A stretch of DNA of 60,538 nt, taken from an uncultured bacterium (GTDB taxonomy: Bacteria > B130-G9). Position numbers and translations under genes: made by a program. Positions within the stretch are counted from its first letter, which is position 1, and each line of letters starts with the position of its first letter. The stretch covers positions 62,001 through 122,538 of the forward strand of contig CBDVDH010000002.1 of NCBI GenBank assembly GCA_965372715.1, given 5' to 3'. Below, piece after piece: positions 17,824-28,305 of the stretch. Under the pieces are notes generated by a model. It had not been told where the DNA came from. It did no database searches and saw nothing but the letters and a program-made list of their open reading frames with translations.

Positions 17824-19707
17824 CTACCGCGGCAGACCTTCCTCCTTGGCGCCTACCGCTAAGACGCTCACGCCCTGAGTAGTCGTCAGAAAGACCCGCC
17901 CGTCCGGGGCGATTTCGATGTCCGTAACTTCGTTGTCGGAAAGCGCGCTGTTTTCGGCATCGTATCGTGTCCATTTGGCCCCGTCCAGAACGCAAGCGCC
18001 TCCTTGCGACGTTCCGAACCAGACGCGGCCTTTGCGATCCATCGCTATTGCCTGCACGACGCCGCCAGGCAGCGCGTCCTTCCGCGATTTGTGGACAGCC
18101 CAGCGCTTCCCGTCAAAGAAACTGACGGCGTTCTTGTGTCCCACCCACACGCCTCCATCCGAGTCTATCGCGATGGAATGGCACCGGTCGGAATACAATC
18201 CGCTGTTCCTTCTTGAGTAGGTCGTCCATTTCACACCATCGAGCACGCTCACCCCACCGAACGTCGCGAGCCACTTGCGGTCTCGGGCGTCAATCCCAAT
18301 CGCGCGAACATCTCTGCTCGAAAGGCCGCTATTTCGGGTGTTATAGACCGTCCACGTCGCACCGTCGAAGGCGCTCACGCCGTGGTGTCCGGTCGCGAAC
18401 CACTTCTGGCCCCGCTTGTCGATCGCGATGTCCCTCACGTCATCGTGGATGAAGCCGGTCTCCGGAGGGGCGAACGCCCTCCAGGTCGCACCGTCGAAGG
18501 CATACACCCCAGCGGCCTCTGTCCCGACCCACACGATACCGTCGAGATCAACGGCAACTGACCCCACCCAGTTGCTCCGCAACGGGGCGTTCCTGTGCGT
18601 ATATGTGTTCCACTGGCCTCCATCGAGGACGATCACTCCGCCTCCGTACGACGCGAACCAAGCGCGGCCTTTCGCATCAAAGGCAACGCTATCCAGCCGC
18701 GTATCCGGCGCATTGAAATGACCCGCACACCGGGTAGTCCACGTTTTCCCGTCGAGGATGCTGACCCCGCCCGACTGTGTCCCGAACCACATCCGGCCCG
18801 TCTTGTGCTGGGCGATTGCCTTCACGCTGTCCGAGGCAAGGCCGCTGTTCTTGGTGTTGTAAGTCGCCCACTTCTCGCCGTCGAACACGCTCACGCCTTG
18901 CTTCGCCGTGCCTGCCCAGACGCGATTGTCCGCATCGACAAACACCCTCCGGACGCAGTTGTCGCGCAGCGCGCTATTGTCGGTGTTGTAGGTCTTCCAC
19001 GTCCTGCCATCGAACACAGAGACACCAGCCGTGCAGGAGCCGAACCACTTTCGACCGCTGCGGTCAACCGCAACGGAATAGATGCAGTAATCAGAAAGGC
19101 CGCTGTTGTCTGGGTCGAGTGAGACCCACGCGCTGCCATCAAAGACACTCACGCCGGCGCCTCGGTAGGTCCCGAACCAGAACCGGCCCTTCTCATCGAC
19201 GGCGATCGATGATACCTGGTTGTGCGCCAGGCCGCTGTTTTTGACGTCGTAGGTCGTCCAGTTCTCGCCATCCAGCACGCAGACCCCGCCGCCGTTCGTC
19301 GAGAACCACTTGCGGTTCTCGTCGTCGATTCTGATGCTGAGGACGAAATCGTTAGAAAGGCCGCTGCTCTTGCTGGTGTAGTGCGTCCAATTGGTCCCGT
19401 CGAACGCGACGACGCCCTTGCGGGAGACGGCGAACCATTTCGTCCCATCCGCATCGACCGCCACGCACCGGAGCGGGTTCGCCGGCAGGCCATCAGCCTT
19501 CGTCCAGACCACCTTCTCATCGGTCTTTAGGTCAAACCGTGCAGCCCCACCCGACCCGACGCACCACACGAACCGTTCCCCCTCAAGCGCAATGTCCGAC
19601 ACGTTCCCCCCTGACGTGTAGTTCACCCACGTCTCCCCAGCAGCCGCCGGAGGTAACGCCCCAGCGGCGAGAACAAGAACGACTATCGCAACTCGCACGT
19701 CATTCAT
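17824..19707 (-). CDS. Secreted two-component-regulator-propeller repeat protein
   Basis: About 13 repeats of ~44 aa (IAVD..GRxWFGT..GVSVFDG.TW..Y...NSGL) after a signal peptide. Confidence 0.9.
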   Translation of the reverse strand: MNDVRVAIVVLVLAAGALPPAAAGETWVNYTSGGNVSDIALEGERFVWCVGSGGAARFDLKTDEKVVWTKADGLPANPLRCVAVDADGTKWFAVSRKGVVAFDGTNWTHYTSKSSGLSNDFVLSIRIDDENRKWFSTNGGGVCVLDGENWTTYDVKNSGLAHNQVSSIAVDEKGRFWFGTYRGAGVSVFDGSAWVSLDPDNSGLSDYCIYSVAVDRSGRKWFGSCTAGVSVFDGRTWKTYNTDNSALRDNCVRRVFVDADNRVWAGTAKQGVSVFDGEKWATYNTKNSGLASDSVKAIAQHKTGRMWFGTQSGGVSILDGKTWTTRCAGHFNAPDTRLDSVAFDAKGRAWFASYGGGVIVLDGGQWNTYTHRNAPLRSNWVGSVAVDLDGIVWVGTEAAGVYAFDGATWRAFAPPETGFIHDDVRDIAIDKRGQKWFATGHHGVSAFDGATWTVYNTRNSGLSSRDVRAIGIDARDRKWLATFGGVSVLDGVKWTTYSRRNSGLYSDRCHSIAIDSDGGVWVGHKNAVSFFDGKRWAVHKSRKDALPGGVVQAIAMDRKGRVWFGTSQGGACVLDGAKWTRYDAENSALSDNEVTDIEIAPDGRVFLTTTQGVSVLAVGAKEEGLPR

Positions 19708-21364
19708 TTTCCCATCTCTCGAATAGGTGAAGCCCCTGGGACTGCCAGGTCAGCTTGAAGCCTTTGTGAATGCCGCCGGCCTCCTCGACCTTGTGTAGGA
19801 GAGCGTCATAGCGATAGTGCTCGGGGTGGAATGCGGTGTCGATGACGACGTAATCCACGGGCATGTCAAAGCCGGTCAGCCCGTCCGGCGTCGCGGAGTT
19901 GTAGAGCTTGTTCCGGGTGCAGAACCGCGTGAGCATGTTTTGAGGCAGCGCTATCGGCGTGTCGTGCGGGATCAATTCCAGCAGTCTTAGCCTCGCGTCA
20001 TGGTTCGCGTCCTTCGACAGATCGATGTTCTTAGACCAGACGGGGATGTGCGCAATCGACGAGGCGAGCAGCAGGATCGTGAGAACCCGCGCCGCGCCAC
20101 TTCTTTGAGCCGTATCGTGGTCTTCGGGGGGGCCATTCGCAGGGCGATTCAGTCGGGCCAACTTGCCCACAGCCTTTCCCATGGCGACCGCCATCGCCCC
20201 CGACAGAAGAAGCGCGTGCTTCGACATGATGTTGGCCGCCCAGCCGACGAAGAGCAAGTTCTTTGCGAGCGAGGGGACGACGAAGACCGATTCGAGCGCG
20301 AGAAAAGGAAGGAAGAAGAGATTCGTTGCAGCGATGACGTAGATATAGGTCAGCCTGAACGGCTCGATAAGCTGCCGAAACGCGCTCGCGGGGTCTCTGA
20401 GATAGGCCGCAGCCTGCCCCGTGAGCGACATCGCTGCGTCAGGGTCCAACAGTTTATACGCCCCCGTCGGGCGGAAGTGTGGGATCACTACGCCGAACGA
20501 GAGCAGTATCATGGCCGCGTTGAGGAGAAGTGGACCAATCGACCATCTTGGGCCTTTTCGGCGCAGCAGCGAGAGCAGCACAAAGGCCATCATCACGACC
20601 GCGACCTGCTCCTTGACAGAGTTTAGGAGTAGCAGCGTGATCATGAACGGCCAGAATCTACCTTTCTCGAAAAGGTAGAACGCGAGTATGAGAAGCGGTG
20701 GGCCAAACATCTCCATCGAAAGGCCCTGGAAGTTCTGCGAGGCGTAGTATGGCGCGAGCGTCGCGGCCGCGCAAAGGCAAAGCGCGGTAGTGCGGTCGAG
20801 GCCCACCGCCCGCGTGAGATACCGCGATAGAAGCAGCGCGGTCGAGGCGAGAATCAGTGTGGAGATGACGAGCAACACCGACGGATGTGGCAGCAGCATA
20901 AAGATCGGCAGGATGAGAAACATAATGGGGGAATTGTGGTCGGCGAATATGCTAATCTCGTGAGGCGCGTTCGCGAGGCAGTTGGTGAAGAACTTCCCTC
21001 GCGCGGCGCTGTAGAACGATTGCATGAAGTTGGCGTAATCGACGTCGGAGTGAAACCGCAGGTATGCGATAACGGCGAGCGTCGCGAAGACCGCCGTGTA
21101 GATAGCGAAGTAGAAGAATAGGATACTGGCGAAGTGGCGGGCCGCAAATCGCTCTATTCGAGTGCCTTTTTGAGGATGCAGGCTGAAATGGATGAAAAGA
21201 GCGGAGACAGCGATCAACAGGCCGAGCGCGAGCCGGCCTTGCCACGTCGAATAAAAGCCGTAGGCCTGGCCGAGGTCCGAATCGGTCGGGGCCCAGAGCG
21301 GGATCACGACCAGAAGCGTCAAAGCCCAAAGCGGGGCGAGCTTCTTATTAGTTCCAAGTTCCAA
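19700..21364 (-). CDS. DUF2079-like polytopic membrane protein (GT-C-like)
   Basis: D..NFMQS, FADHNSP, VKEQ and many TM helices. The start is uncertain because it lies in a repeat. Confidence 0.7.
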   Translation of the reverse strand: MELGTNKKLAPLWALTLLVVIPLWAPTDSDLGQAYGFYSTWQGRLALGLLIAVSALFIHFSLHPQKGTRIERFAARHFASILFFYFAIYTAVFATLAVIAYLRFHSDVDYANFMQSFYSAARGKFFTNCLANAPHEISIFADHNSPIMFLILPIFMLLPHPSVLLVISTLILASTALLLSRYLTRAVGLDRTTALCLCAAATLAPYYASQNFQGLSMEMFGPPLLILAFYLFEKGRFWPFMITLLLLNSVKEQVAVVMMAFVLLSLLRRKGPRWSIGPLLLNAAMILLSFGVVIPHFRPTGAYKLLDPDAAMSLTGQAAAYLRDPASAFRQLIEPFRLTYIYVIAATNLFFLPFLALESVFVVPSLAKNLLFVGWAANIMSKHALLLSGAMAVAMGKAVGKLARLNRPANGPPEDHDTAQRSGAARVLTILLLASSIAHIPVWSKNIDLSKDANHDARLRLLELIPHDTPIALPQNMLTRFCTRNKLYNSATPDGLTGFDMPVDYVVIDTAFHPEHYRYDALLHKVEEAGGIHKGFKLTWQSQGLHLFERWENE

Positions 21365-21541
21365 GTTTCAAGTTCCAAGTCGAAGATTCGACGAATGGCG
21401 ATATTCCGAGTTCCAAGTTCCAAGTTTCAGGTTGGCCGCACGCTGGAGCGCGGTCTCTCGAACGGCGAACCGGCCAGCGAATTCCAGGTTGGTCGTCAGA
21501 AGCTTCAATCTGTGTAATCTGCGTAATCTGTGGACGAAAAA
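21351..21541. repeat. 7-mer (GTTCCAA/GTTTCAA) arrays plus a 9-mer (AATCTGYGT) array
   Basis: Two GTTCCAAGTTCCAAGTTTCA blocks and AATCTGTGTAATCTGCGTAATCTGTGGAC. Confidence 0.8.
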
Positions 21542-21565
21542 GATAGTATGAATAAGTGATCAACA

Positions 21566-23017
21566 TTGCTTGAGTCCAGACATTTCCCCGTAATCGTTTT
21601 CCTAATCGCCCTTCTGGCCAGGATCATATTCGTCCTGTTCTTTTCCGCGCTGCCCTACAACATAGACGCCGCGGAATACGTCATCCTGGGCCAAAATATC
21701 GCCGACGGCAATGGCTTTTGCTATCAGCCCGGCCAGCCCACGGCGTATCGGCTGCCATTGTATCCGCTATTCCTCGCGCTCCTGTTCTCGATCTTCGGAG
21801 ACGATTCCTTCACTGCGGTCGCAATCGGCGAATGCCTCATCGGCGCCCTTTCCATCGTCGCGCTTTACTACGCCGCATTATACTTTTTAGGACGAAGCCG
21901 CCCCGCCGCAATCGGTGCGCTCATACTCGCAATATATCCGCCGCTGATAAAGCTGACAAACACGTTCATGACCGAGAATCTCTTCTCGCTGTTCGCGGCG
22001 CTTTCAGCACTTCTTCTGCTGCGGTCGCTGACAGACCCGCCATCCAAGGCCTCCGCTGTTCTGGCCGGCGTAGTGATCGGACTCTCATGGCTCTGCCGCC
22101 CGACGTTGTGCCTGCTAATTGGCCTGCTGCCGCTCTGGGCGCTGCTTGCGACGGGGCAGCGCTGGGGCGCCCGAAAGGCACGCCTCAAACGCGTCGGATT
22201 GATCCTCGGTATCGCCCTATTGTGCCTCGTCCCCTGGATAATCCGAAACGCCATCGTCATGAAGGCGTTCATACCGCTTGATACTCACGGAGGCGCGACG
22301 ATCTGGTATCAGCATAACTCGCTCTCCCCGGACGGGTATTTCTGGTCGGCGATCCCGAAGGAGCGATTAGTCGAGATCAAACAACGGATTGACGAGCAAA
22401 AGAGGCGCCTCGACTCTGGCGAGTCGGTGAGAGACGTGATGCTTCCAACCGTGCTGAAGGGGCCGATGGCCGGATTTGAGTTCCTGCCGAAGCAAAAAGT
22501 CGCAAAGTTCGAGGGCTTGACCGAAAAGCAGCGGGACCAGGCGTTTTGGACAGACGCTCTGCGGACGATTCTCGCTCATCCCGCTCGATACGTCAAAAAG
22601 ACGATCAAGGAGACCATCAAGTTCTGGCACGTCTTCGACGACTACAGCGGCTTCGTCGCATCATACGCTTTGCTGTTGCCGTTTGCCGTCGTGGGCTTTC
22701 TGATGTTTCTTTCGAGGCGCAGATGGTCCGAGACTGCACTTTTTGTATTGCCGATCGTCTGCGCCTGGGTGTTGGCCGCTACGGTCAACGCCTCGCACAG
22801 GTTCCGCCTCCCCATCGAGCCGCTTGCATTCACTTTCATCGGTGCATTTTGTGAGCGCTTCTCGAGGTCTTCCACAAGAGCTCGCGCGGTAATCATCGTC
22901 GCCGGGTCGGTCTATGCGGGCGTCGTCTTCTGCTTCTTCCTGTATCCAGAGGCGCTGCGCGACCTGGTGCAGACGATCACCGCCCGGCTCGGCTTCTCGG
23001 CCTATCCAGTCTATTAG
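21566..23017 (+). CDS. ArnT/GT39-like membrane glycosyltransferase
   Basis: DAAEY, PTAYRLPLYPLFLA, MTENL, LCRP, PWIIRN and RFRLPIEP. Confidence 0.8.
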   Translation: MLESRHFPVIVFLIALLARIIFVLFFSALPYNIDAAEYVILGQNIADGNGFCYQPGQPTAYRLPLYPLFLALLFSIFGDDSFTAVAIGECLIGALSIVALYYAALYFLGRSRPAAIGALILAIYPPLIKLTNTFMTENLFSLFAALSALLLLRSLTDPPSKASAVLAGVVIGLSWLCRPTLCLLIGLLPLWALLATGQRWGARKARLKRVGLILGIALLCLVPWIIRNAIVMKAFIPLDTHGGATIWYQHNSLSPDGYFWSAIPKERLVEIKQRIDEQKRRLDSGESVRDVMLPTVLKGPMAGFEFLPKQKVAKFEGLTEKQRDQAFWTDALRTILAHPARYVKKTIKETIKFWHVFDDYSGFVASYALLLPFAVVGFLMFLSRRRWSETALFVLPIVCAWVLAATVNASHRFRLPIEPLAFTFIGAFCERFSRSSTRARAVIIVAGSVYAGVVFCFFLYPEALRDLVQTITARLGFSAYPVY

Positions 23018-23026
23018 CCGCCCAGG

Positions 23027-24748
23027 TCATTCGATTCGCGTGGTGGGCAGCGCCGGTGGCGGATAGTGGAATCCCATATCGACCTGCCCGGTGTCGGGTG
23101 TGCCGTCCGCCTGTGTCGTCCGGTTGGGAAGGCCAGCTGCGCTTGCGGACTGACTGCCGGCGTCAATGCACGGGCTGTCGGGGTGCAGGTAGTAGTCGCC
23201 GAGTGGTCCTTCGACGAACATCGGGTCGTTCTGGATGTTGCCCTGACCTTGATAGCCATCCTGGACGCTTGAGTGGTTCACAGTGATCGAGCCGGTAAGC
23301 CACATGAAGATCTCGTAGTTGCCGTTCTCCCAGACTATGCAGTTCTCCACGGCGAGCTGGCTGTGGTCGTAGCCCATTATTCCCGCACCTATGTTGTCCG
23401 CAACGGTGCAATTAACGACCTTGACGCAGCCGGCGTAACAATAGACTGCGCCGCCGAAGAATGACGAGTTGCCCACCAGAAGGTTGTTTCGGAAGGTGCC
23501 AAAGCAGCCCGAGATATAGACGCCACCTCCGTCCTTGTCCGCTGTGTTTTCTATTATGATGTTGTCCCGTATAGTGGGGAGATAATCCCCTTCCCAATAG
23601 ATGCCGCCGCCGTAGATTGTCGAGTAGTTCCCGCTAATGAGGTTGCCTGCAATCGTGCCTGAGGCGGCGGACCCAAGCACTCCGCCTCCTACATCGGCTG
23701 AATTGTCCGTGATCGTGTTGTTCTTAATGGTCACCCAACTACGACAGCAGTATATTGCCCCTCCCGCTCCCTCTGAGAGATTGCCCGCAATTCTGTTACC
23801 CACGATCACAACCGAGCTGTCGTAGCAATGGATGCCACCTCCATAGCTGCCCATGCCGTTCGTGTTCTGGGCTTGATTGCCAGAGACTATGTTGTTTTCT
23901 ATTCGCAGGGAACTACCATCGCAGCTTATGCCTCCGCCGAAGCCTTCATCGTCTGCCGCCAAACCGCCTGTTATCGTAAGCCCCTCAAGCGCGAGGTCTG
24001 TAACTCCTTCGCAGGTTATGACGCGCGCAGTGCCCTCCGCGTCAAGTACCGTTGTGGCGCGGTCACCACCTACTATGGATACGAAACTTCTCATGACGAG
24101 CGGGAATTTCTCGCCGCTCGTGCTCGGGGCATATATCGCCTCGGCGAGGCGCACCGTCACCGGGTCCTTTTCTGAGCCTTCAACAGATAGAAGGGCTTTG
24201 GTGATCGTCTTCCACGGCGAGTCTTTCGAGCCGTCCGCAGAATCGTCACCGGTCTCCGGATCAACATAGTAATCCGAGTGACCCACACAGCCAATCGTAA
24301 ACGGCGCAAAGCTAATGTCGGAGATGAACTCGGATGTGTCCGGGTCAGCCAGAACGGCCGCGAAACTGTACTTGCCGTCCGGCCCGACCGGTGGGACATC
24401 ACAAGGTACGTCAATATGCAGGATTGGGGTCAGGTCCATGCTGAACGGGCACGTAAGCGTGATCTCCTCAATCCACGGCAGCACCATTTGGCTGAATCCC
24501 TTTGGTTGCTTCGTCCAAAGTGAACCGTCCCAGGAAAAGAGTCCCACATAGACCGCAACGGCTACTGGCCTGTCGAAATTCCTTGCAGAGAGGGAAACCT
24601 CAATTCTGTCCCCCGGTCTATACCTGTCGTTGTCCGCTTCGATTGAAATGGTCGGGGCAGCAAGTGCGGTGCCCATGATCGTCAATATGAATACGCCTAA
24701 CGCTAATGCAGCCTTGCCTGTCGCAGCCAAGATATTCTTTCTGTTCAT
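23027..24748 (-). CDS. Secreted right-handed beta-helix protein with DUF1565-like segment
   Basis: YYVDPETGDD..GS...PWKTITKAL, GGGI.C repeats and C-terminal SPCIDAG..VDMGFHY. Confidence 0.85.
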   Translation of the reverse strand: MNRKNILAATGKAALALGVFILTIMGTALAAPTISIEADNDRYRPGDRIEVSLSARNFDRPVAVAVYVGLFSWDGSLWTKQPKGFSQMVLPWIEEITLTCPFSMDLTPILHIDVPCDVPPVGPDGKYSFAAVLADPDTSEFISDISFAPFTIGCVGHSDYYVDPETGDDSADGSKDSPWKTITKALLSVEGSEKDPVTVRLAEAIYAPSTSGEKFPLVMRSFVSIVGGDRATTVLDAEGTARVITCEGVTDLALEGLTITGGLAADDEGFGGGISCDGSSLRIENNIVSGNQAQNTNGMGSYGGGIHCYDSSVVIVGNRIAGNLSEGAGGAIYCCRSWVTIKNNTITDNSADVGGGVLGSAASGTIAGNLISGNYSTIYGGGIYWEGDYLPTIRDNIIIENTADKDGGGVYISGCFGTFRNNLLVGNSSFFGGAVYCYAGCVKVVNCTVADNIGAGIMGYDHSQLAVENCIVWENGNYEIFMWLTGSITVNHSSVQDGYQGQGNIQNDPMFVEGPLGDYYLHPDSPCIDAGSQSASAAGLPNRTTQADGTPDTGQVDMGFHYPPPALPTTRIE

Positions 24749-24791
24749 TTAATTGACTCCCGTCGCAGAGGTGCTTAACAGCTATTGATAA

Positions 24792-26801
24792 CTACTGAAT
24801 CGGGTGATGATAGCCCACATCAACCCTGCCCGTGTCGGGGGACCCGTCGGCCTGAGTGGTTCTGTCGCCGAGCCCTGCCTCATCTGCCAAGATACTACCC
24901 GCGTCTATGCAAAGGCTGCTCGGGTCTAGATAGTAATCGCTGTATGGCCCACTAGTGAACATGGGGTCATCGTGGATGTTGCCGTCTCCGGTGAATAGGG
25001 ATTGGACACAAGAATAGGTTACACTCACACAGCTATTGTCGCGGAAGAAGATGCCCGCGCCACCCCAGAGAATGGAGTTCAGAACCTCCACCTGGCAGTT
25101 CAGCTCGGCGAATATCCCTCCAGCTTGGCATGCAGCGACATTGTCAGCAATTGTGCAGTTCGAAAAGGCTGGGAAGCTGCTGTCGAGGCAGTATATGGCC
25201 GCGCCGCTATCGGCGGTATTGGCAGTCAAGAGGCAGTTTGTGATGGTCGGAGAGCTGTGGTCCCAGCAGGATATGCCGCCGCCAAAATCTGCCCTGTTGT
25301 TGGTTATCACGCTATTCGAAAGCGCGGGTGAAGAGTGATTGACGAATATCCCTCCGCCCAGCACACGTGCAAGATTGCCGCCCATTGTAGTGTCGGATAT
25401 GATGGGTGAGCTTCGGTGGCAGCATATCCCTCCGCCGCATCCATACATCGAGATGTTGTGTGATATCGAGCAGCTGGAGATGAACGGCGAGCTTCCTTCT
25501 GAACACAGAATCCCGCCGCCGTCCTTAGCCACCATGTTGTTCTCTATCGTGCAGTCGATGACCGTTGGCGAGCTGTGATCGTAGCAGCATATTCCAGCCC
25601 CATGAGTTCCTATATTACCTGCTATAGTGTTATCGATTATGGCGGGAGAACTGCTGCCCGAGCAGCATATCCCGCTGCCCAGCCGCGCCATGATGTTGTC
25701 CATTATCGTGTTGCCCGAAATGATCGGTGAACTGTTGTCGAGGCAGCATATCCCGGACCCCTTGGAGGAACACCGGTTCTCAATGATCTCATTCCTCATA
25801 ATGTGCGGCGAGCTGTTCTCCAGGCAGCAGATGCCTCCTCCGTTGTAAGTAGCCCAGTTGTCCATTATCGTGTTGTCCTCGATGCGAGGAGAAGATCGCT
25901 GGCAGCATATGCCGCCGCCGTAGATCGCATTGTTCCCACTGATGGTGTTCTTGGCTATTATGACAGCGCTGGCAAAGCAATATATTCCCCCACCGCTGTC
26001 ATCACTCTCCCGCCAATCCCCATACGCTTCCCCTCCAGTGATGGTGAAGCCCTCAATGGTCAAGTTCTCCACTTCATCGCAGTAAATGACGTGGTAGGCC
26101 ATCCCCTCAGCGTCGAGGACCGTCCTGTCTCGATCTTCCCCTTTGACCGACACCCAACTTTCCATATTCAGGGGAAACGTCTCGCTGTTCGTCGATTGAG
26201 CATACGTGCCGGCGGCGACGTGAATCGTCACGGGATGCGCCTCAGAACCCACAACAGAGGCGAGCGCATGCGTGATCGTCTTGAATGGAGATTCGAGAGA
26301 GCCGTCGTTCGCGTCGTCGCCGGTGTCCGCGCTAACGTAGATATGCACTTCGCGATCCTCAATCGTAAATGGCGCGAAGCTGATCTCGGCCACGAACTCC
26401 AGCGTTCCGGGAACCGTCAATCCCGCCGCGAACGAGTATTCGTCCTGCTCGGCGATGGGTGGCATAGCGCACGGAATGTCGAACCACTGGAAGGGGACAG
26501 GCGCCATGTAGTAGGGATTCGGGACGAAGACATTCGCCAGCCACGGCTCCAGGTAGGCGCCCCAGCCCGCCTCACTCAGCGTGTGAAGAGCGCCATCATG
26601 CCCGACAAGGCCAACATAGACATCGACATTAACAGGCTCGTCATAGTTCTCGCCGCCGAGGCTAAACTCGATCGTCTCCGGGGCCTGATAGCTGCCTTTG
26701 TCCGTGTAGATGAACACCTGAGGCGCAGCGATTACGAGCGACGGCAGGAACGCCGAGAGCACAATTGCGGCCCCAATTGACCCCAAGATATGCCTTTTCA
26801 T
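24792..26801 (-). CDS. Secreted right-handed beta-helix protein with DUF1565-like segment (paralog of 23027-24748)
   Basis: Same architecture with more GGGICC..SSP.I repeats. Confidence 0.85.
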   Translation of the reverse strand: MKRHILGSIGAAIVLSAFLPSLVIAAPQVFIYTDKGSYQAPETIEFSLGGENYDEPVNVDVYVGLVGHDGALHTLSEAGWGAYLEPWLANVFVPNPYYMAPVPFQWFDIPCAMPPIAEQDEYSFAAGLTVPGTLEFVAEISFAPFTIEDREVHIYVSADTGDDANDGSLESPFKTITHALASVVGSEAHPVTIHVAAGTYAQSTNSETFPLNMESWVSVKGEDRDRTVLDAEGMAYHVIYCDEVENLTIEGFTITGGEAYGDWRESDDSGGGIYCFASAVIIAKNTISGNNAIYGGGICCQRSSPRIEDNTIMDNWATYNGGGICCLENSSPHIMRNEIIENRCSSKGSGICCLDNSSPIISGNTIMDNIMARLGSGICCSGSSSPAIIDNTIAGNIGTHGAGICCYDHSSPTVIDCTIENNMVAKDGGGILCSEGSSPFISSCSISHNISMYGCGGGICCHRSSPIISDTTMGGNLARVLGGGIFVNHSSPALSNSVITNNRADFGGGISCWDHSSPTITNCLLTANTADSGAAIYCLDSSFPAFSNCTIADNVAACQAGGIFAELNCQVEVLNSILWGGAGIFFRDNSCVSVTYSCVQSLFTGDGNIHDDPMFTSGPYSDYYLDPSSLCIDAGSILADEAGLGDRTTQADGSPDTGRVDVGYHHPIQ

Positions 26802-26912
26802 CTCCTTTGCCCTTCATACGAAACGTTAAGACTTCCGTTCAGCCGACAACCTCCATTGAAGCGAACTTGGTCCGCCTCGTCAAGCAAAGCTTTCAGATTG
26901 CGACAATGCGCA

Positions 26913-27103
26913 GTGGGGGCGGTGCTTGTCTCCGCCCGTTTGCTCGTAAGCACGCGACGTTACAGGCCGGGCAGGCATTCGCCGCGCGGCGAACCCGATA
27001 CTGGTCTGCGGACGCCAACACGCAAAGGGCGGGTCTGACACCGCGCCCCTACACAACCCCAGATTCGAATTATGACCTATGCTCCTGAGACCGCGCCCCT
27101 ACA
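26913..27103. repeat. REP-like cluster
   Basis: GTGGGGGCGGTGCTTGTCTCCGCCC and two copies of CCGCGCCCCTACA. Confidence 0.7.
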
Positions 27104-27175
27104 TCGAGTATCCTTCTGTCGCTCTTCGCCTTTTCGCCCGTTTCCCGATGGGGAAGCTTCTATCTCTGGCGAGGA

Positions 27176-27204
27176 TTGACATTGGGGGCGGGATCGGCCA
27201 CTAT
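27176..27204 (+). promoter_or_regulatory. Putative sigma70 promoter
   Basis: TTGACA-17 nt-CACTAT upstream of the TPR gene. Confidence 0.45.
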
Positions 27205-27239
27205 CTTGGTGAGTTGGCACGTTTCTTTCAGTGAGGTAA

Positions 27240-28280
27240 TTGCTATTGGCTGCAAGCGCTAAGAGAACTCAGAAGGACATTCAGAGATACCAGAAGTTGC
27301 TTCGCAAGGAGAAGCGGCTTCAGTATTACCTGACGCTGGCGAAGCTCTATGAGAGCGCCGAAGACCTCGCAAGCGCGGAGAAGGTCCTGGACGAGGCGAT
27401 AGAGCGTTTTCCCGACCTTTCTTCGGTGAAGGTGGCTCTCGCACACGTCCTGAACGAGCTTGACCGGCCCAAGGAGGCGAGGGACCTGCTCGAGCCAGTG
27501 CTTTCGCGGGACAGGGATAACCTTTTGGCAGCGAGAAGGCTCGCAGAGTCATACGAGCAGTCCGGCGACCTTGACAGGGCTCTTCAGACGTTTAAGAGCA
27601 TACTCAGGTTTCGGCTCGTCGGTCAGGAGGTGAGGGGCCAGATAGAGCGGCTTGAGCGCCTTCTGAGCGTGCGCAAACGGAAGGAGGCGCGGGGCGACAG
27701 CAGTTTCATAGGGCTGCCGACGTTGAGCCTCGCCAGGCTTTACATGGAACAGGGCCATTTTGACGAGGCGATCAAGATCGTTGATAGGATACTAAGCGTG
27801 GACCCCAACTGCGAAGAATGCCGAGGGATCCGCGCCCTGGCCGAGGCGTCGCTGAAGAAAGCCGAGGCTGGCAAAGCTGAGACGTTCTTTCCCGCCAAGG
27901 AACCTCAGCCGGACCAGGCAGCAAAGGAGAGAGCTGAGCGGGAGGTAAGGGAGAAAGCCGACCGGGAAGCGAAAGAAAGGGCTGACCAAGAGGCCAAGAA
28001 GAAGGCTGAACGCGAAGCTAAACAGAGAGCGAAGCGCGAGGCAAAGGAGCGTGCTGAAAGAGAGGCCAGGGAGAAGGCCGACCGGGAAGTGAAAGAAAGG
28101 GCCGACCAAGAGGCCAAGAAGAAGGCTCAGCGAGAAGCTAAACAGAGAGCGAAGCGCGAGGCAAACGAGAGGGCTGAGCGGGAGGCGGAGGTGGCTAAGG
28201 CGGTTGAGGATGATCTTGCGGTTCTTGCCCGTTTGCAGCAGTGGCTTGGTGGCGATTCGTCCCCGGGCGACGGTCAGTAG
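27240..28280 (+). CDS. TPR protein with charged E/R/K/A repeat region
   Basis: TPR-like helices, TLSLARLYMEQGH and 8-aa EAKERA-type repeats. Confidence 0.75.
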   Translation: MLLAASAKRTQKDIQRYQKLLRKEKRLQYYLTLAKLYESAEDLASAEKVLDEAIERFPDLSSVKVALAHVLNELDRPKEARDLLEPVLSRDRDNLLAARRLAESYEQSGDLDRALQTFKSILRFRLVGQEVRGQIERLERLLSVRKRKEARGDSSFIGLPTLSLARLYMEQGHFDEAIKIVDRILSVDPNCEECRGIRALAEASLKKAEAGKAETFFPAKEPQPDQAAKERAEREVREKADREAKERADQEAKKKAEREAKQRAKREAKERAEREAREKADREVKERADQEAKKKAQREAKQRAKREANERAEREAEVAKAVEDDLAVLARLQQWLGGDSSPGDGQ

Positions 28281-28305
28281 TGCCTGAGAGGTCGGTGTTT
28301 ATCTG

